Below are positions 46,801-58,996 of a stretch of DNA of 64,000 nt, piece after piece; position 1 is the first letter of the stretch, and each line of letters begins with the position of its first letter. A program made the position numbers and the translations under genes. The notes under the pieces are model-generated. The model had not been told where the DNA came from. It saw only the letters and a program-made list of their open reading frames with translations, and searched no databases. Origin of the DNA: a virus; the IMG/VR virus record IMGVR_UViG_3300031963_012969; one strand, given 5' to 3'.

Positions 46801-49800
46801 TGCGTTCATTTACATATGTAACCACCTCTTTCCATTCTTTTACTGTAACCTCTTTACTGCAAATAAAAAATGGATTAATTGATTTGAACCCCAAAAAGTC
46901 CATCAAAGAAGTATTTACATAAACAAAGTCATTTAATAGATTTATTGGATAAGCGTTAAAGTTTAATGTTATGTTTCTTACATCTGAGGAGAATTTGTAC
47001 TCTATTTTTGTTACATTTTTGTTTTGAGTTAAAAAAGATATTGATTGAGATAATAGCCCCAATGGATTTGTTACCATGTAGGAGCTTTTATTTATTGAAT
47101 AAGAAAAATAATATTCTTGAGCTCCTCTTACGTAAAGTCTTACATAGAAATCATCTTTTTGCGGATTCAGCTCTCTAATTAAAGTAATCGATCCACTATT
47201 TCCATATAATGTGTTTAATAGTGTTCCAAGCCCATTAGAGATAGACATAAAAGGAGAGGAGCTTGAATTGTCTACGCTAAAACCTAAAGAATCTGAGCCA
47301 AGAAAACTGTTTTCATAGGATAGAGTAATTGGCTCTATGGTAGTGGTCGCTGTTTTTACAGCAGAGTAATCTCCCGACTCATTTTCTTTTTTGTGTTTTA
47401 TCCTATAATAATATGTTGTGGCTTCCTGTAAGTAACCGTCACCTGGTCTGATATTTTGATTGCTTACATCAAAATATCTATTAGAACCAGAATCAGGAAA
47501 AGAAGATACTACAGTTCCAGTACAATCAAGATTTGATCTTATTATGTTTGTAAAATCTAAATCTGTAGATATATCCATCGTTGCACCAGTAATTTCAGCC
47601 GATCTAGACCATTTTGCCCTAAAGGAATCATAGCTTGCGTTACTGGTTAAGACCCTGATCGGTTTAAATGGCTTTGAGTAATCTAGTGTTTTTGGTCCAA
47701 CAATTAAATTAATGTCACTTACGCATGCAGATGAATTAAAGCAGACGCCGACATATTTATTTATAAAAATATAATCTTCTATTGTCGCACTGCCGATTGA
47801 TCCATCTGGGGGATACGTATATCCGTCTTTTATTTCTATTTTATTGCCGGTTCGTTTTATTGATCTATATACAGAATAAGTTGGGATCTCTTGCGTGGTG
47901 CTACTAGGGGGGGTGTGGGATAAAAATGTTGTGTTTGTTTCGTAATTATATAATTGCACTTTATTAACTATATAAAACGGTGATCGATTAGTTATTCCAA
48001 TAACTCCATTTGTGCCGGAAGATTTTATCCCACCCATGCTGCTGTTACCGTAATTGATAAAAAAATCCAAGCTAGATGCATGAAACATTCCCGCATCAAA
48101 CGCCGTAGTAAAAGTGGTATACCCAGAATCAGTAAGTTTAAAATAAAACTCAAAATCGTTATAAGCTATTGAATCAGCTAAATCAAATAATACAAGACAG
48201 TTAAGATTACTAAAAGACGGGAAGGATGAGGCTCCTTGGGTAAAATAATCCGAAGCTGTGCTAGACAAATATGAATTAGGGAGAATTGTTACATATTTTT
48301 GCTCATTAACAAAGTCCTTGTAAATATAACTTTTTCGGTCAAATAAAATAGGCCTCTTAAAAAAATTACTAGTATGGACAAGGTTTTGAGTTATGTTTAC
48401 GGAACCACTTAAAAAATTACATTCGCTATATACAGAGGTGTCTCCGTTCTTTATTTGTTTTATGTCTTTTCCCCATCTAATATGTTTTATAAAAGAGCTA
48501 GGCAGAGAAGGACTACTAGATATTGTCGTTCCAGAAATTTGTTTATCTCCACTAATCAATTGGTTGCTTGAGCCAACTATAACATTAAACGTTTTAATTA
48601 ATTCAAATCCCTGAGAATAACAAACCCCCGTAAAGGTATATTCACCAGGAATTTTGGGCAACTTCCTTTTTCCGTCATAGTCTATATTAATGTATAGACC
48701 ATCTACATTAGCAGAGCTTTGGTTTCCGTATAATCCATTAATTGATTGTGGGTAAAAATTACCTCCCAATACAACAGTATTCAGCAAATCAGGAAAAATT
48801 CCACTTATTTGTTTTGTAGAAGAATCATAATAAGCATAAAGAAAATCATCATAAAGTCTTTCTTGTGCTGATGCCATTGGGGACCCAACATTAAGGTATG
48901 TTGTTATATCTATAATTGCTTTGTAAAATAGAATAGGAGCATACTCTGACAAGAAATTATTAATTGACACATATATTGTATGACTCCCTGCCTTGAATGT
49001 TGACCCTGAAATTTTGCCTCTATCAGTTGTTCTATAGCTGTCAGTACCGGATTCATAACAAAGTGTTCCCTGTGGCAACCCCTTAATTATAATTATTGAA
49101 GTTGGTGACACATAAGTACTGTCTTTTATTAAGCAAGTTGAATTAGTATTAAATGAGTCTTTAATTATACCCAAAGCTCCCATAGACATATTCGGATACG
49201 GGGTTATCTCGCTGTAACTATAAGCATCAGTTAAAGGTGGGTAATTATTGAATGCATTGGGTATTTCTGTTTTATAGAAATAAAGGTCTTTCATCCAATT
49301 TATTGGTTTCGCTTTATTTGAATAACTACCAGAGCTTGTTGGCATTAACCCAACTATTCCTCTTTTTGTTAAAACCAAAAAATGGCATGTTGTAACACCG
49401 TCAACAAAATTGTGTATTCTTGCAGTAGAAGAAATAGATACAACATCTCTAACTGGTGAATTTAATAATTGATTTAGATAGGTATAGTTTCCAGACAAAG
49501 CTGACTCACCTGTTGCGAGTTTTAAGGTCCCCGAAGAATCTATTTCAAAGCCGTATTGAAGCATTGGGGGTCTGTCTAAAACAGACTCAAAAACTGGTCT
49601 GTTAGTTGTATCAGTTCCTGATCCATGCCATCCAGTGGTACCATCAAATTTTTTGTATACAGCGCAACCAGCTGTAACAGGTGGAAAATCGTAGAAATAT
49701 GAACCACCACTAGAAAAATATTGATAATAACTACCAGCATCATTGCTTATAAATCTTGTGGTGTTTGTAGTTAAAGAAGTGTTGGGTAATACTGTATTTA

Positions 49801-51598
49801 AAGGTGTCGGAGTAAATGTTTCGTTTTGTAATTTTTTTTCTCCATATTTTATTTGGTAATTTCTTATATATCCATTAAATTTGTATGTAGTTGAATCATT
49901 GTCCCATCTTCTACCTATTTTCAAAGAGTTTGAGCTAGGAATGCTACCCTGCGCTACATATGCATATGAATTTATAGTGCTTCCTGAACACACCGGAGCT
50001 AAAAATGAATGCTCAGCTGAAGATTGATGGACTCCATTTAAATATACCCTTGTTTCATATTTCCAACCACTAGTAATTGGTTTACTTAAGTATGTTCCAC
50101 CTGATGGAGTTGAAGTCATTTCAATTGAAACTAATACATGATTCCACTTATTTAAATCAACTGTTCCAGCAGATTGTGTATACCACTGATAGGATGAATA
50201 GTTTGCTGTACATCCAGTGTAAGAAGATATCTTTCTGTTATAAAAACCAAATTTAAACCCTGTGCCAGCTCCTGTACCTTCGTTGTTAAACCAAGCTAAA
50301 ACAAAATTAGACTGACTGCTGCTCAATGTGTCAGCCAATAAAGTTCTTCCAGTTAGTTGGTTTTGGGATGTAGCTATGGGGTAAAACCAAAGCTCAAGAG
50401 TGAATGACGACAAGACTCCAGAACTTGCAGTTGATTGCGTTAGACTTGATATACTAAAATTTGTTAAATTACTTGTATTGCTACTGTTTAAGTATAAACC
50501 TACAGATGGTGGAGTATATACTGAAGAAGCGCTTACATTTTGTGAGTCAAATACTTTAAATTTTTCTACATTGCTATCTACAAGTGTTCCTGGATGATTT
50601 ATACTACCGCTAACGCCGTGAAAGAATAAATCACCCACACTAGTTAATACATAACTTGTGTCACCATATGCCTCTATCCTTGGAGTAACAGCATTAGACT
50701 GATAAATTGATATTTTTTTTAAGCTATCTAATATCCGTGATTCCCACTGTCCCCACGTTACGATTGATCCATCATTTTTTATTACCAGTGAATTAAACGC
50801 CCCAGCGCAAATTGAATTAACATTATTTAATCCAACTGGAATATTACACTGGCCATATGTATTGTCTCCCCAAGCAACAACAGTTCCGTCAGATTTTAAC
50901 GCAAGGCAATGAGAAAAACCTGCTGATATTTTTGTAACGTTTGTCAGGTTTTGTGGGACTAATAATCCGGCTTCTTGGTGAAGTATATTATATTCTAATG
51001 AATAATCAGTTATTTTTCCCCAACCAATTACTGTTCCATCATTTATTAAAGCCAATGAATGAAAACCTTTTGTAGATATATCGGTTACAATTTTACCTAA
51101 AATAGAGGATGGAGTAGATCCAATAGGATCTCCCCAAGACAAAACTGATCCAGATTCCATTAAAGCCAATGAATGCTTGAATCCAGCAGCTACTTTTGAC
51201 ACTGGTTGATTTAAGTATTCAATTCCTTCTATAGATTCTGGAATACTGCATTGATTGTGTTCATTTGATCCCCAGGCTATTACAGATTTATTTTTACCCT
51301 CTACTGCAAGCGTGTGTTTAGCTCCAGCAGATATGTGCACAATGTTTTTTAGTCCTGCGGGTGGAACAAAATCTACATTCATTCCTTGTATAAAGCTGAC
51401 GGATCCATCTTTTTTTAAAGCTAAGCTATAATTTTCGCTATAAAAACCTTGTTCTGATGAAGAAGGATTAGCGAAATATCCAGAAGATATTTGTGTAACT
51501 AAATCAGGGTCAGAACAAATTGCTGATCCAAAACCATACAAAAGATTATCCCTTTTCCCTATAAAAAATGCGCTATATGGATTCAAGGCAATATTCAT
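43877..51598 (-). CDS. Giant mosaic adhesin/fibre protein: RCC1-like repeats, LamG, FN3-like and FGE-sulfatase domains
   Basis: ISAG..H.LAL..DGTVVAWG.N..GQ repeats; FTLELWFYP..NKWNHV..FNGYI (LamG); YYYRIK (FN3-like); NWYDAIKFCN..YRLP.E.EW.YAARGG..YDMSGNVSEW..RGG..GMR (FGE). Confidence 0.8.
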   Translation of the reverse strand: MNIALNPYSAFFIGKRDNLLYGFGSAICSDPDLVTQISSGYFANPSSSEQGFYSENYSLALKKDGSVSFIQGMNVDFVPPAGLKNIVHISAGAKHTLAVEGKNKSVIAWGSNEHNQCSIPESIEGIEYLNQPVSKVAAGFKHSLALMESGSVLSWGDPIGSTPSSILGKIVTDISTKGFHSLALINDGTVIGWGKITDYSLEYNILHQEAGLLVPQNLTNVTKISAGFSHCLALKSDGTVVAWGDNTYGQCNIPVGLNNVNSICAGAFNSLVIKNDGSIVTWGQWESRILDSLKKISIYQSNAVTPRIEAYGDTSYVLTSVGDLFFHGVSGSINHPGTLVDSNVEKFKVFDSQNVSASSVYTPPSVGLYLNSSNTSNLTNFSISSLTQSTASSGVLSSFTLELWFYPIATSQNQLTGRTLLADTLSSSQSNFVLAWFNNEGTGAGTGFKFGFYNRKISSYTGCTANYSSYQWYTQSAGTVDLNKWNHVLVSIEMTSTPSGGTYLSKPITSGWKYETRVYLNGVHQSSAEHSFLAPVCSGSTINSYAYVAQGSIPSSNSLKIGRRWDNDSTTYKFNGYIRNYQIKYGEKKLQNETFTPTPLNTVLPNTSLTTNTTRFISNDAGSYYQYFSSGGSYFYDFPPVTAGCAVYKKFDGTTGWHGSGTDTTNRPVFESVLDRPPMLQYGFEIDSSGTLKLATGESALSGNYTYLNQLLNSPVRDVVSISSTARIHNFVDGVTTCHFLVLTKRGIVGLMPTSSGSYSNKAKPINWMKDLYFYKTEIPNAFNNYPPLTDAYSYSEITPYPNMSMGALGIIKDSFNTNSTCLIKDSTYVSPTSIIIIKGLPQGTLCYESGTDSYRTTDRGKISGSTFKAGSHTIYVSINNFLSEYAPILFYKAIIDITTYLNVGSPMASAQERLYDDFLYAYYDSSTKQISGIFPDLLNTVVLGGNFYPQSINGLYGNQSSANVDGLYINIDYDGKRKLPKIPGEYTFTGVCYSQGFELIKTFNVIVGSSNQLISGDKQISGTTISSSPSLPSSFIKHIRWGKDIKQIKNGDTSVYSECNFLSGSVNITQNLVHTSNFFKRPILFDRKSYIYKDFVNEQKYVTILPNSYLSSTASDYFTQGASSFPSFSNLNCLVLFDLADSIAYNDFEFYFKLTDSGYTTFTTAFDAGMFHASSLDFFINYGNSSMGGIKSSGTNGVIGITNRSPFYIVNKVQLYNYETNTTFLSHTPPSSTTQEIPTYSVYRSIKRTGNKIEIKDGYTYPPDGSIGSATIEDYIFINKYVGVCFNSSACVSDINLIVGPKTLDYSKPFKPIRVLTSNASYDSFRAKWSRSAEITGATMDISTDLDFTNIIRSNLDCTGTVVSSFPDSGSNRYFDVSNQNIRPGDGYLQEATTYYYRIKHKKENESGDYSAVKTATTTIEPITLSYENSFLGSDSLGFSVDNSSSSPFMSISNGLGTLLNTLYGNSGSITLIRELNPQKDDFYVRLYVRGAQEYYFSYSINKSSYMVTNPLGLLSQSISFLTQNKNVTKIEYKFSSDVRNITLNFNAYPINLLNDFVYVNTSLMDFLGFKSINPFFICSKEVTVKEWKEVVTYVNERNLGYDLVDASVYSSLNEPISNINWYDAIKFCNAKSEMNWLSPVYRNSNGTVYRSGETSPIVYWTSDGYRLPIEVEWDYAARGGAFSKNYVYSGSNTLNDVAWSSVNSGNSIKQVGLKSPNEIAIYDMSGNVSEWVLDNYSQSDPVPSSQPNPHYLSTVLLLHFNNNVVDSSLYNLSPYNYSSYGSSYPITVNTVSKFGGYSLLSSSNQRKLGLIFYSKNIYDFCNGFSIDMWIYPTGFLSTKEQVLIELQIGNLLYAMTVYYNQSDGLWYLSYCCNNDDSKRIIGTTPISLNQWQHVAWCYFPETYNNVIYLDGNSQGSLKQRIVVTDSGDEKYIKISKGQNSWLNDSFDGYIDELNFTSSVRYTSDFSVPTQEYSNQIWSNLIPSDSKQRLLRGGNYLSNASDMLLSNRTSIYSSPSTKDIRYGMRLAKSNWSFISGQYSRLFLIDYTQLTTTSFAVEFEYGKIGNISASTDKIEISTDSGITWQDLSWSGGSNQIFNLNVPQYEVRYIIARINKQNKIYNQVSNTLKIENFSVIPNIESLIPISYIDKILKANISYANPQEIQSYEYSVNNTLDFVGIPAEDVSGTFITMYPSNYGIDVDKNLGVKVRILKNDNKYSLASESKLIEFNLDVPSISNCTLLIDHLFYSVSDNLPPRKILSYFLDFKSITPNGFQFKPSSSNSWTGIDAVEINDKIAKFEKFVNIDEYTEFQSRYTTVWGLNSDIAIGNTGPLLLPSPTTPEITNVSWSHTTYNLSISFNYSGVYYPNYNRTVIRYKLNNDTEWSHAASSVSKSETQQNSYSVTIPQYNNVIEEAQYIKISLGLVYTNSLVKYSDDSNTASFYTTIPLGGPVLSSVSQLSYTMVSNGITWTIKIEQSNYISGVLRYEANFKFNYWDENEDWTDIGLGQQYNSGLLFITTFNRPWWQIMGAGGELRVKLRAVFVDETMSPESNTVSTFVYYSMGGGDDGEPPLPF

Positions 51599-51602
51599 GT
51601 AC

Positions 51603-55184
<3,582 letters not shown>

Positions 55185-55224
55185 TTATTAGTCCATATAT
55201 AATGTTCATCCGCTGAATGCGGCA

Positions 55225-58200
55225 TCAGATCAAAGCGGCTTGGGTGATTTTCTTTTTGATCCGCGATTCCATCGCAGAGAGATCGGTGGTGGAGGGGGTG
55301 CCGTAAGTAGATAGCGCAGCGGCAACTTGGGGTTGCAGAAATTGAAGAAGGAAGCCAGTATCGTGGACGAGGCTACCTGTGCCCGAGCCTGCGCCAGTGC
55401 TAATGATGCTTACGCCGTCATCGCGGAAGATGCGGCCTCCGTTGATTACCACATCGGTTGAGCCTGTGTTTTGAATTTTGAGCGGAACGACTGAGGAGTT
55501 CACTTGGTAGTTCATCCTGTCGATCGGTGTGATGGCCCCAAAGAAGTTGGCGATACCTTGGGAGGTAGTGAGGAGATAAATGTAGTAGTTGTAGATACTC
55601 TGGGCGCTGATCTCGTAGGGGGCGGAGGAGTCGCTGAGGTCGATCTCGATGTTTGTGTAGTCGGGGGAGAGTGTGATGCCAGTGATTGCGGAGCCGTCGA
55701 TATTGTTGCCGATGTAGGTGGCGTCGTTTTCCTGCTCAGCGGCGAAAACGAGTCCCCCAGCGGTGAGGATACCGACGGATTCCAGCGGGGCTTTTGCGGT
55801 AAGCCCGCTTTGGTAGGCGGCGCGGAGGCTGATGGTATCGCCTACGGAGACGAGTGCGCCGAGGAGATCAAAGGTCTTTGAGAATCCGGCGCTGGCGAGG
55901 GTTTCGTTGGTGAGTTCGAGGTTTTTGGTCTCGTTGTAGAGCCGGACGCGTGTGCCTGCGATGAGACTGGGTGCTGAGATGGTGGCGGGCTTGATGAAAA
56001 ACTCGGCCTCATAGGCGGGATCGAGTGTGACATCGAGGGCCGCGCCTTGGAACGCGGCAGTGAGTGTATCGGTGGCCCCGGAACGCTCGGCGCGGACGAC
56101 GGTGAGGCGGAACTGCACTCGGTTCTGCGAGTCGGCGGGGAGGCTCGATAGGTCGCTAGAGAGGCCCGTGAGGGCGGCGGCTGGGATATATTCATCCTGG
56201 CCGGTCCAGACATTCGAGGCAGGGGTGTAACCGGTGGTGGTGTTGATGAGCGGGGCGGTGCTCACGGAGGAGGAGGCGAAGACGGGCCAGAGGGTGCCGT
56301 TGGAGGTGGTGATGTCGCGGATACGGATTTCGTTGGAACCAATGGAATCCACGATGCCCGTGAGCGTGACGGTTTGGCCGCTGATGGTGCGGGCCTGCGT
56401 GACGGTGTGGCCTGCGGAGTAATTCGCGGTCTGGTTGGAGCCCGTGAGCCGCACGCCAAACATCCTGCGGGTGGCTGTGTAGGTGCCAGCGGGGCGGCGC
56501 ATGGAGACACCGAGCGAGTAAGCGGCATCAAAGGTGGTCGCGGGGATGGAGCTATTGCCCGCATCTCGGAAATGGAAATTGGTAATGCCTGTGACGCCCC
56601 CGTAGGTGCGGGCCTCGTAGGTGGCCATGTCGCCAGAGTTTCGCAGGAATAGTCGGAGGCTGCTTTTTGTGAAAGCGGGGCCGACATTGCTGCTGCCGAG
56701 CGTGAATGCCGTGCTGTTTTTCTGGTAAAACGGCGCGATCTGCACGCGGCCTGCGGTCTTCGCGACATTTCGATAAACGAGCATCGAGGGAGTATCGACG
56801 CCGGTGGTGAGCGACAGGCCAAAAGCCGTCTCAGGCGTGGCGTGCTGGATGAGCACGCGATCTATGACGACATTCGAGGCTCCGTTGTAGCTGTTCCCAG
56901 AGCCTCCGGTGAAGGAGGTGAGCGTATCGTGAGTCCAGTTCGAGAAGACGGAGTTTGATGAGTCTGGGTCTGGGAAAATCACGCCGCCGCGATGCGCTCC
57001 GACGATCTGGAATTTATTAAATCGACTGCCGGGGCCGCGATCCAGAACGATGGATGAAGTCGCAGCGAGTGCCACAGTGCCTGTGCCAGTGGGCGCGGTG
57101 GAGTTTGCCGTGAAGGTGCCGCCAACAACGGGAGTTCCCGAGTAGCCGATCGCCTGCCACTGAGCGGTCGTCGTGGTGCCGAGGCTCTTGATGGCATACA
57201 CATGGCTGGCGCGGAGGCCGTCGGTGATCGGGAAGGTTGGGCCCTCGCCGACATACCATGTGCAGTCATTAAATGTGTTGCCGTAGGCCGTGGATTCACC
57301 ACCGAGGAGGACGCTGTAACCCCCGAGCACGGCGAGGTCGTTGAGGTTGGAGATTCTTTGGAAGAGGTTGCCGCCGTAGCCTGGTTGCAGGGATATGGCG
57401 TATCCCGTGCTGTTGTTGACCTGCGAAGTGTAAAACTTCGGCGAGATTTGCATCGTGTCGAAGGAGCTATTCGAGAGCGACATCGAGACAGAGACGGGTG
57501 CGGCATAGCGCACATCATTGATCGTGCTGCCGCTTCCGCCGAAACCGCTGCCGCCTTGGCCAGTGGTGGCATTTGTGAGCGCACACGCGAAGAGGACTTT
57601 CTCTACATTCATCACGCCTGCGGGCTGTGCAGAAAAAACGCTGCTGGTGTTCTTTCCTGTGAAGATGCAGTTTTTGAAGACGATATTGACGCAGGCGAAG
57701 CAATCGAGCGAAGCGTTTTCACACAAGAATGCGGTGCCTGTCATGGTGATGGTGCCGGGGGCTCTCCGCCAATTCAGTGTGCCGCTGCCGCCGCCGTGGC
57801 GCACACCGCAGTTGCGGAAGGTGCATTCCTGCGTGTTGCTGTTGTTCGACATGCTGTCGAACCGAGCAATCGAGGTGTAGTTGAACTCCGTTGGGCCGGA
57901 GAAAGTCATCCCTGTGGTTCCGCCCGCATCGCGGATTTGGATATTCGGAATCGTGATCGCTGCCCCTGCTGGCGGCGCGCTGCGGAAGGTGATCGTGTTC
58001 GCCACCGTGTCGTGCGTAAAGTGATCTTGGTAGGCCGTGACGAGATTAGTGAAAGAATCTACCTCGGAGTAGGTGCGGAGGTAGCCCGTGCCGTCGCGGA
58101 AGGTATCGCCGCGAGCGACCCAGCACACGCTGATGTTATCGTATTTGGAGCCGCCCGCGCCCGTGGGAAGCGCAAAGGTGGTAGTGCTGCCGTCTCCAGT

Positions 58201-58467
58201 GCCGATCTGGATCGGTGCGCCGAAAGTGCGAAGCTCGCCGTCGATGCTCACAGGGATCGAGCCTGTGACATTCACGAAAATCGGAGTAGTGGTGGAGGGG
58301 TTATTGACTACAACCTTACCGCCCGTGCCTGTGAAGCTAATACCCGCGATATTAACGGTGTTAGTGTCGATCGTGAGTGTGGCGAGCGAGTCCACGCTTA
58401 TCGTATCGCCGTTCGCGATTGCAAGCGTGCTGTAATTAGTATCCGTTGTAACTGAGATATTAGCCAT
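55225..58467 (-). CDS. Tail-spike/adhesin-like protein, probable beta-helix
   Basis: 1080 aa, rich in T/S/G/N, with CTFRNC/IVFKNCIF/NTFNDC beta-solenoid-like rungs. Confidence 0.65.
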   Translation of the reverse strand: MANISVTTDTNYSTLAIANGDTISVDSLATLTIDTNTVNIAGISFTGTGGKVVVNNPSTTTPIFVNVTGSIPVSIDGELRTFGAPIQIGTGDGSTTTFALPTGAGGSKYDNISVCWVARGDTFRDGTGYLRTYSEVDSFTNLVTAYQDHFTHDTVANTITFRSAPPAGAAITIPNIQIRDAGGTTGMTFSGPTEFNYTSIARFDSMSNNSNTQECTFRNCGVRHGGGSGTLNWRRAPGTITMTGTAFLCENASLDCFACVNIVFKNCIFTGKNTSSVFSAQPAGVMNVEKVLFACALTNATTGQGGSGFGGSGSTINDVRYAAPVSVSMSLSNSSFDTMQISPKFYTSQVNNSTGYAISLQPGYGGNLFQRISNLNDLAVLGGYSVLLGGESTAYGNTFNDCTWYVGEGPTFPITDGLRASHVYAIKSLGTTTTAQWQAIGYSGTPVVGGTFTANSTAPTGTGTVALAATSSIVLDRGPGSRFNKFQIVGAHRGGVIFPDPDSSNSVFSNWTHDTLTSFTGGSGNSYNGASNVVIDRVLIQHATPETAFGLSLTTGVDTPSMLVYRNVAKTAGRVQIAPFYQKNSTAFTLGSSNVGPAFTKSSLRLFLRNSGDMATYEARTYGGVTGITNFHFRDAGNSSIPATTFDAAYSLGVSMRRPAGTYTATRRMFGVRLTGSNQTANYSAGHTVTQARTISGQTVTLTGIVDSIGSNEIRIRDITTSNGTLWPVFASSSVSTAPLINTTTGYTPASNVWTGQDEYIPAAALTGLSSDLSSLPADSQNRVQFRLTVVRAERSGATDTLTAAFQGAALDVTLDPAYEAEFFIKPATISAPSLIAGTRVRLYNETKNLELTNETLASAGFSKTFDLLGALVSVGDTISLRAAYQSGLTAKAPLESVGILTAGGLVFAAEQENDATYIGNNIDGSAITGITLSPDYTNIEIDLSDSSAPYEISAQSIYNYYIYLLTTSQGIANFFGAITPIDRMNYQVNSSVVPLKIQNTGSTDVVINGGRIFRDDGVSIISTGAGSGTGSLVHDTGFLLQFLQPQVAAALSTYGTPSTTDLSAMESRIKKKITQAALI

Positions 58468-58470
58468 AAA

Positions 58471-58935
58471 TTAAAGCGAGTAAAAGCGGGTCATGGTGGC
58501 GATGTCGCCAGACCCATTGTATGAAATTGTTTTGGTTAGTGATACGCCAGCATTTTGCTCATCGGTGGTTGTGACCGTTACGAGATTCCCGCTTCCGTCA
58601 TAGCTGTATGACCGCGTGAAAAGCAGCGTAGTGCCCACCGCATCGTCGTGGACTTGGATACTCGTGAGGTCGCCGGAGCCGGAATAGTTCAGCGTGTGGT
58701 AGTAATTCTCGAAGGCCGTCGAGAACATGGCATCGAGATCCACCGCAGTGCCAACCGGCCCGCCGCCGCCATCGCTGCCAGAGGCGAAGGTGACGATGGT
58801 GTTGTTGCCAGGATGGCGTCCGTAGATTTTGGCGTCCGCGTAATTCAGGCAAATCTCGCCTGGCTGGAGGTCCGAGATGGTCGGAACCTTGGATGCAATA
58901 ATGCTTTTCTTCGGGATAATTTTTGGAGATGCCAT
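58471..58935 (-). CDS. Short fibre-associated protein
   Basis: N-terminal VPT.SDLQPGEI.LNYAD.KIY anchor motif; C-terminal Y.GSG(D/N)L repeats (YD-like). Confidence 0.6.
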   Translation of the reverse strand: MASPKIIPKKSIIASKVPTISDLQPGEICLNYADAKIYGRHPGNNTIVTFASGSDGGGGPVGTAVDLDAMFSTAFENYYHTLNYSGSGDLTSIQVHDDAVGTTLLFTRSYSYDGSGNLVTVTTTDEQNAGVSLTKTISYNGSGDIATMTRFYSL

Positions 58936-58950
58936 TTATGGAAATGGGTT

Positions 58951-58980
58951 GCCCCTGCGGGATTGGAACCCGCAAGGGAC
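58951..58980 (-). other. Intergenic hairpin resembling a tRNA T-arm
   Basis: GTCCCTTGCGGG-TTCCAAT-CCCGCAGGGGC on the minus strand. Confidence 0.5.
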
Positions 58981-58996
58981 TTTGGGTTAGGGATTT

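Noticed and set aside
797-50597. Numerous short plus-strand ORFs in the track
   Set aside because: Antisense to well-supported minus-strand genes; only 27144-28154 is retained
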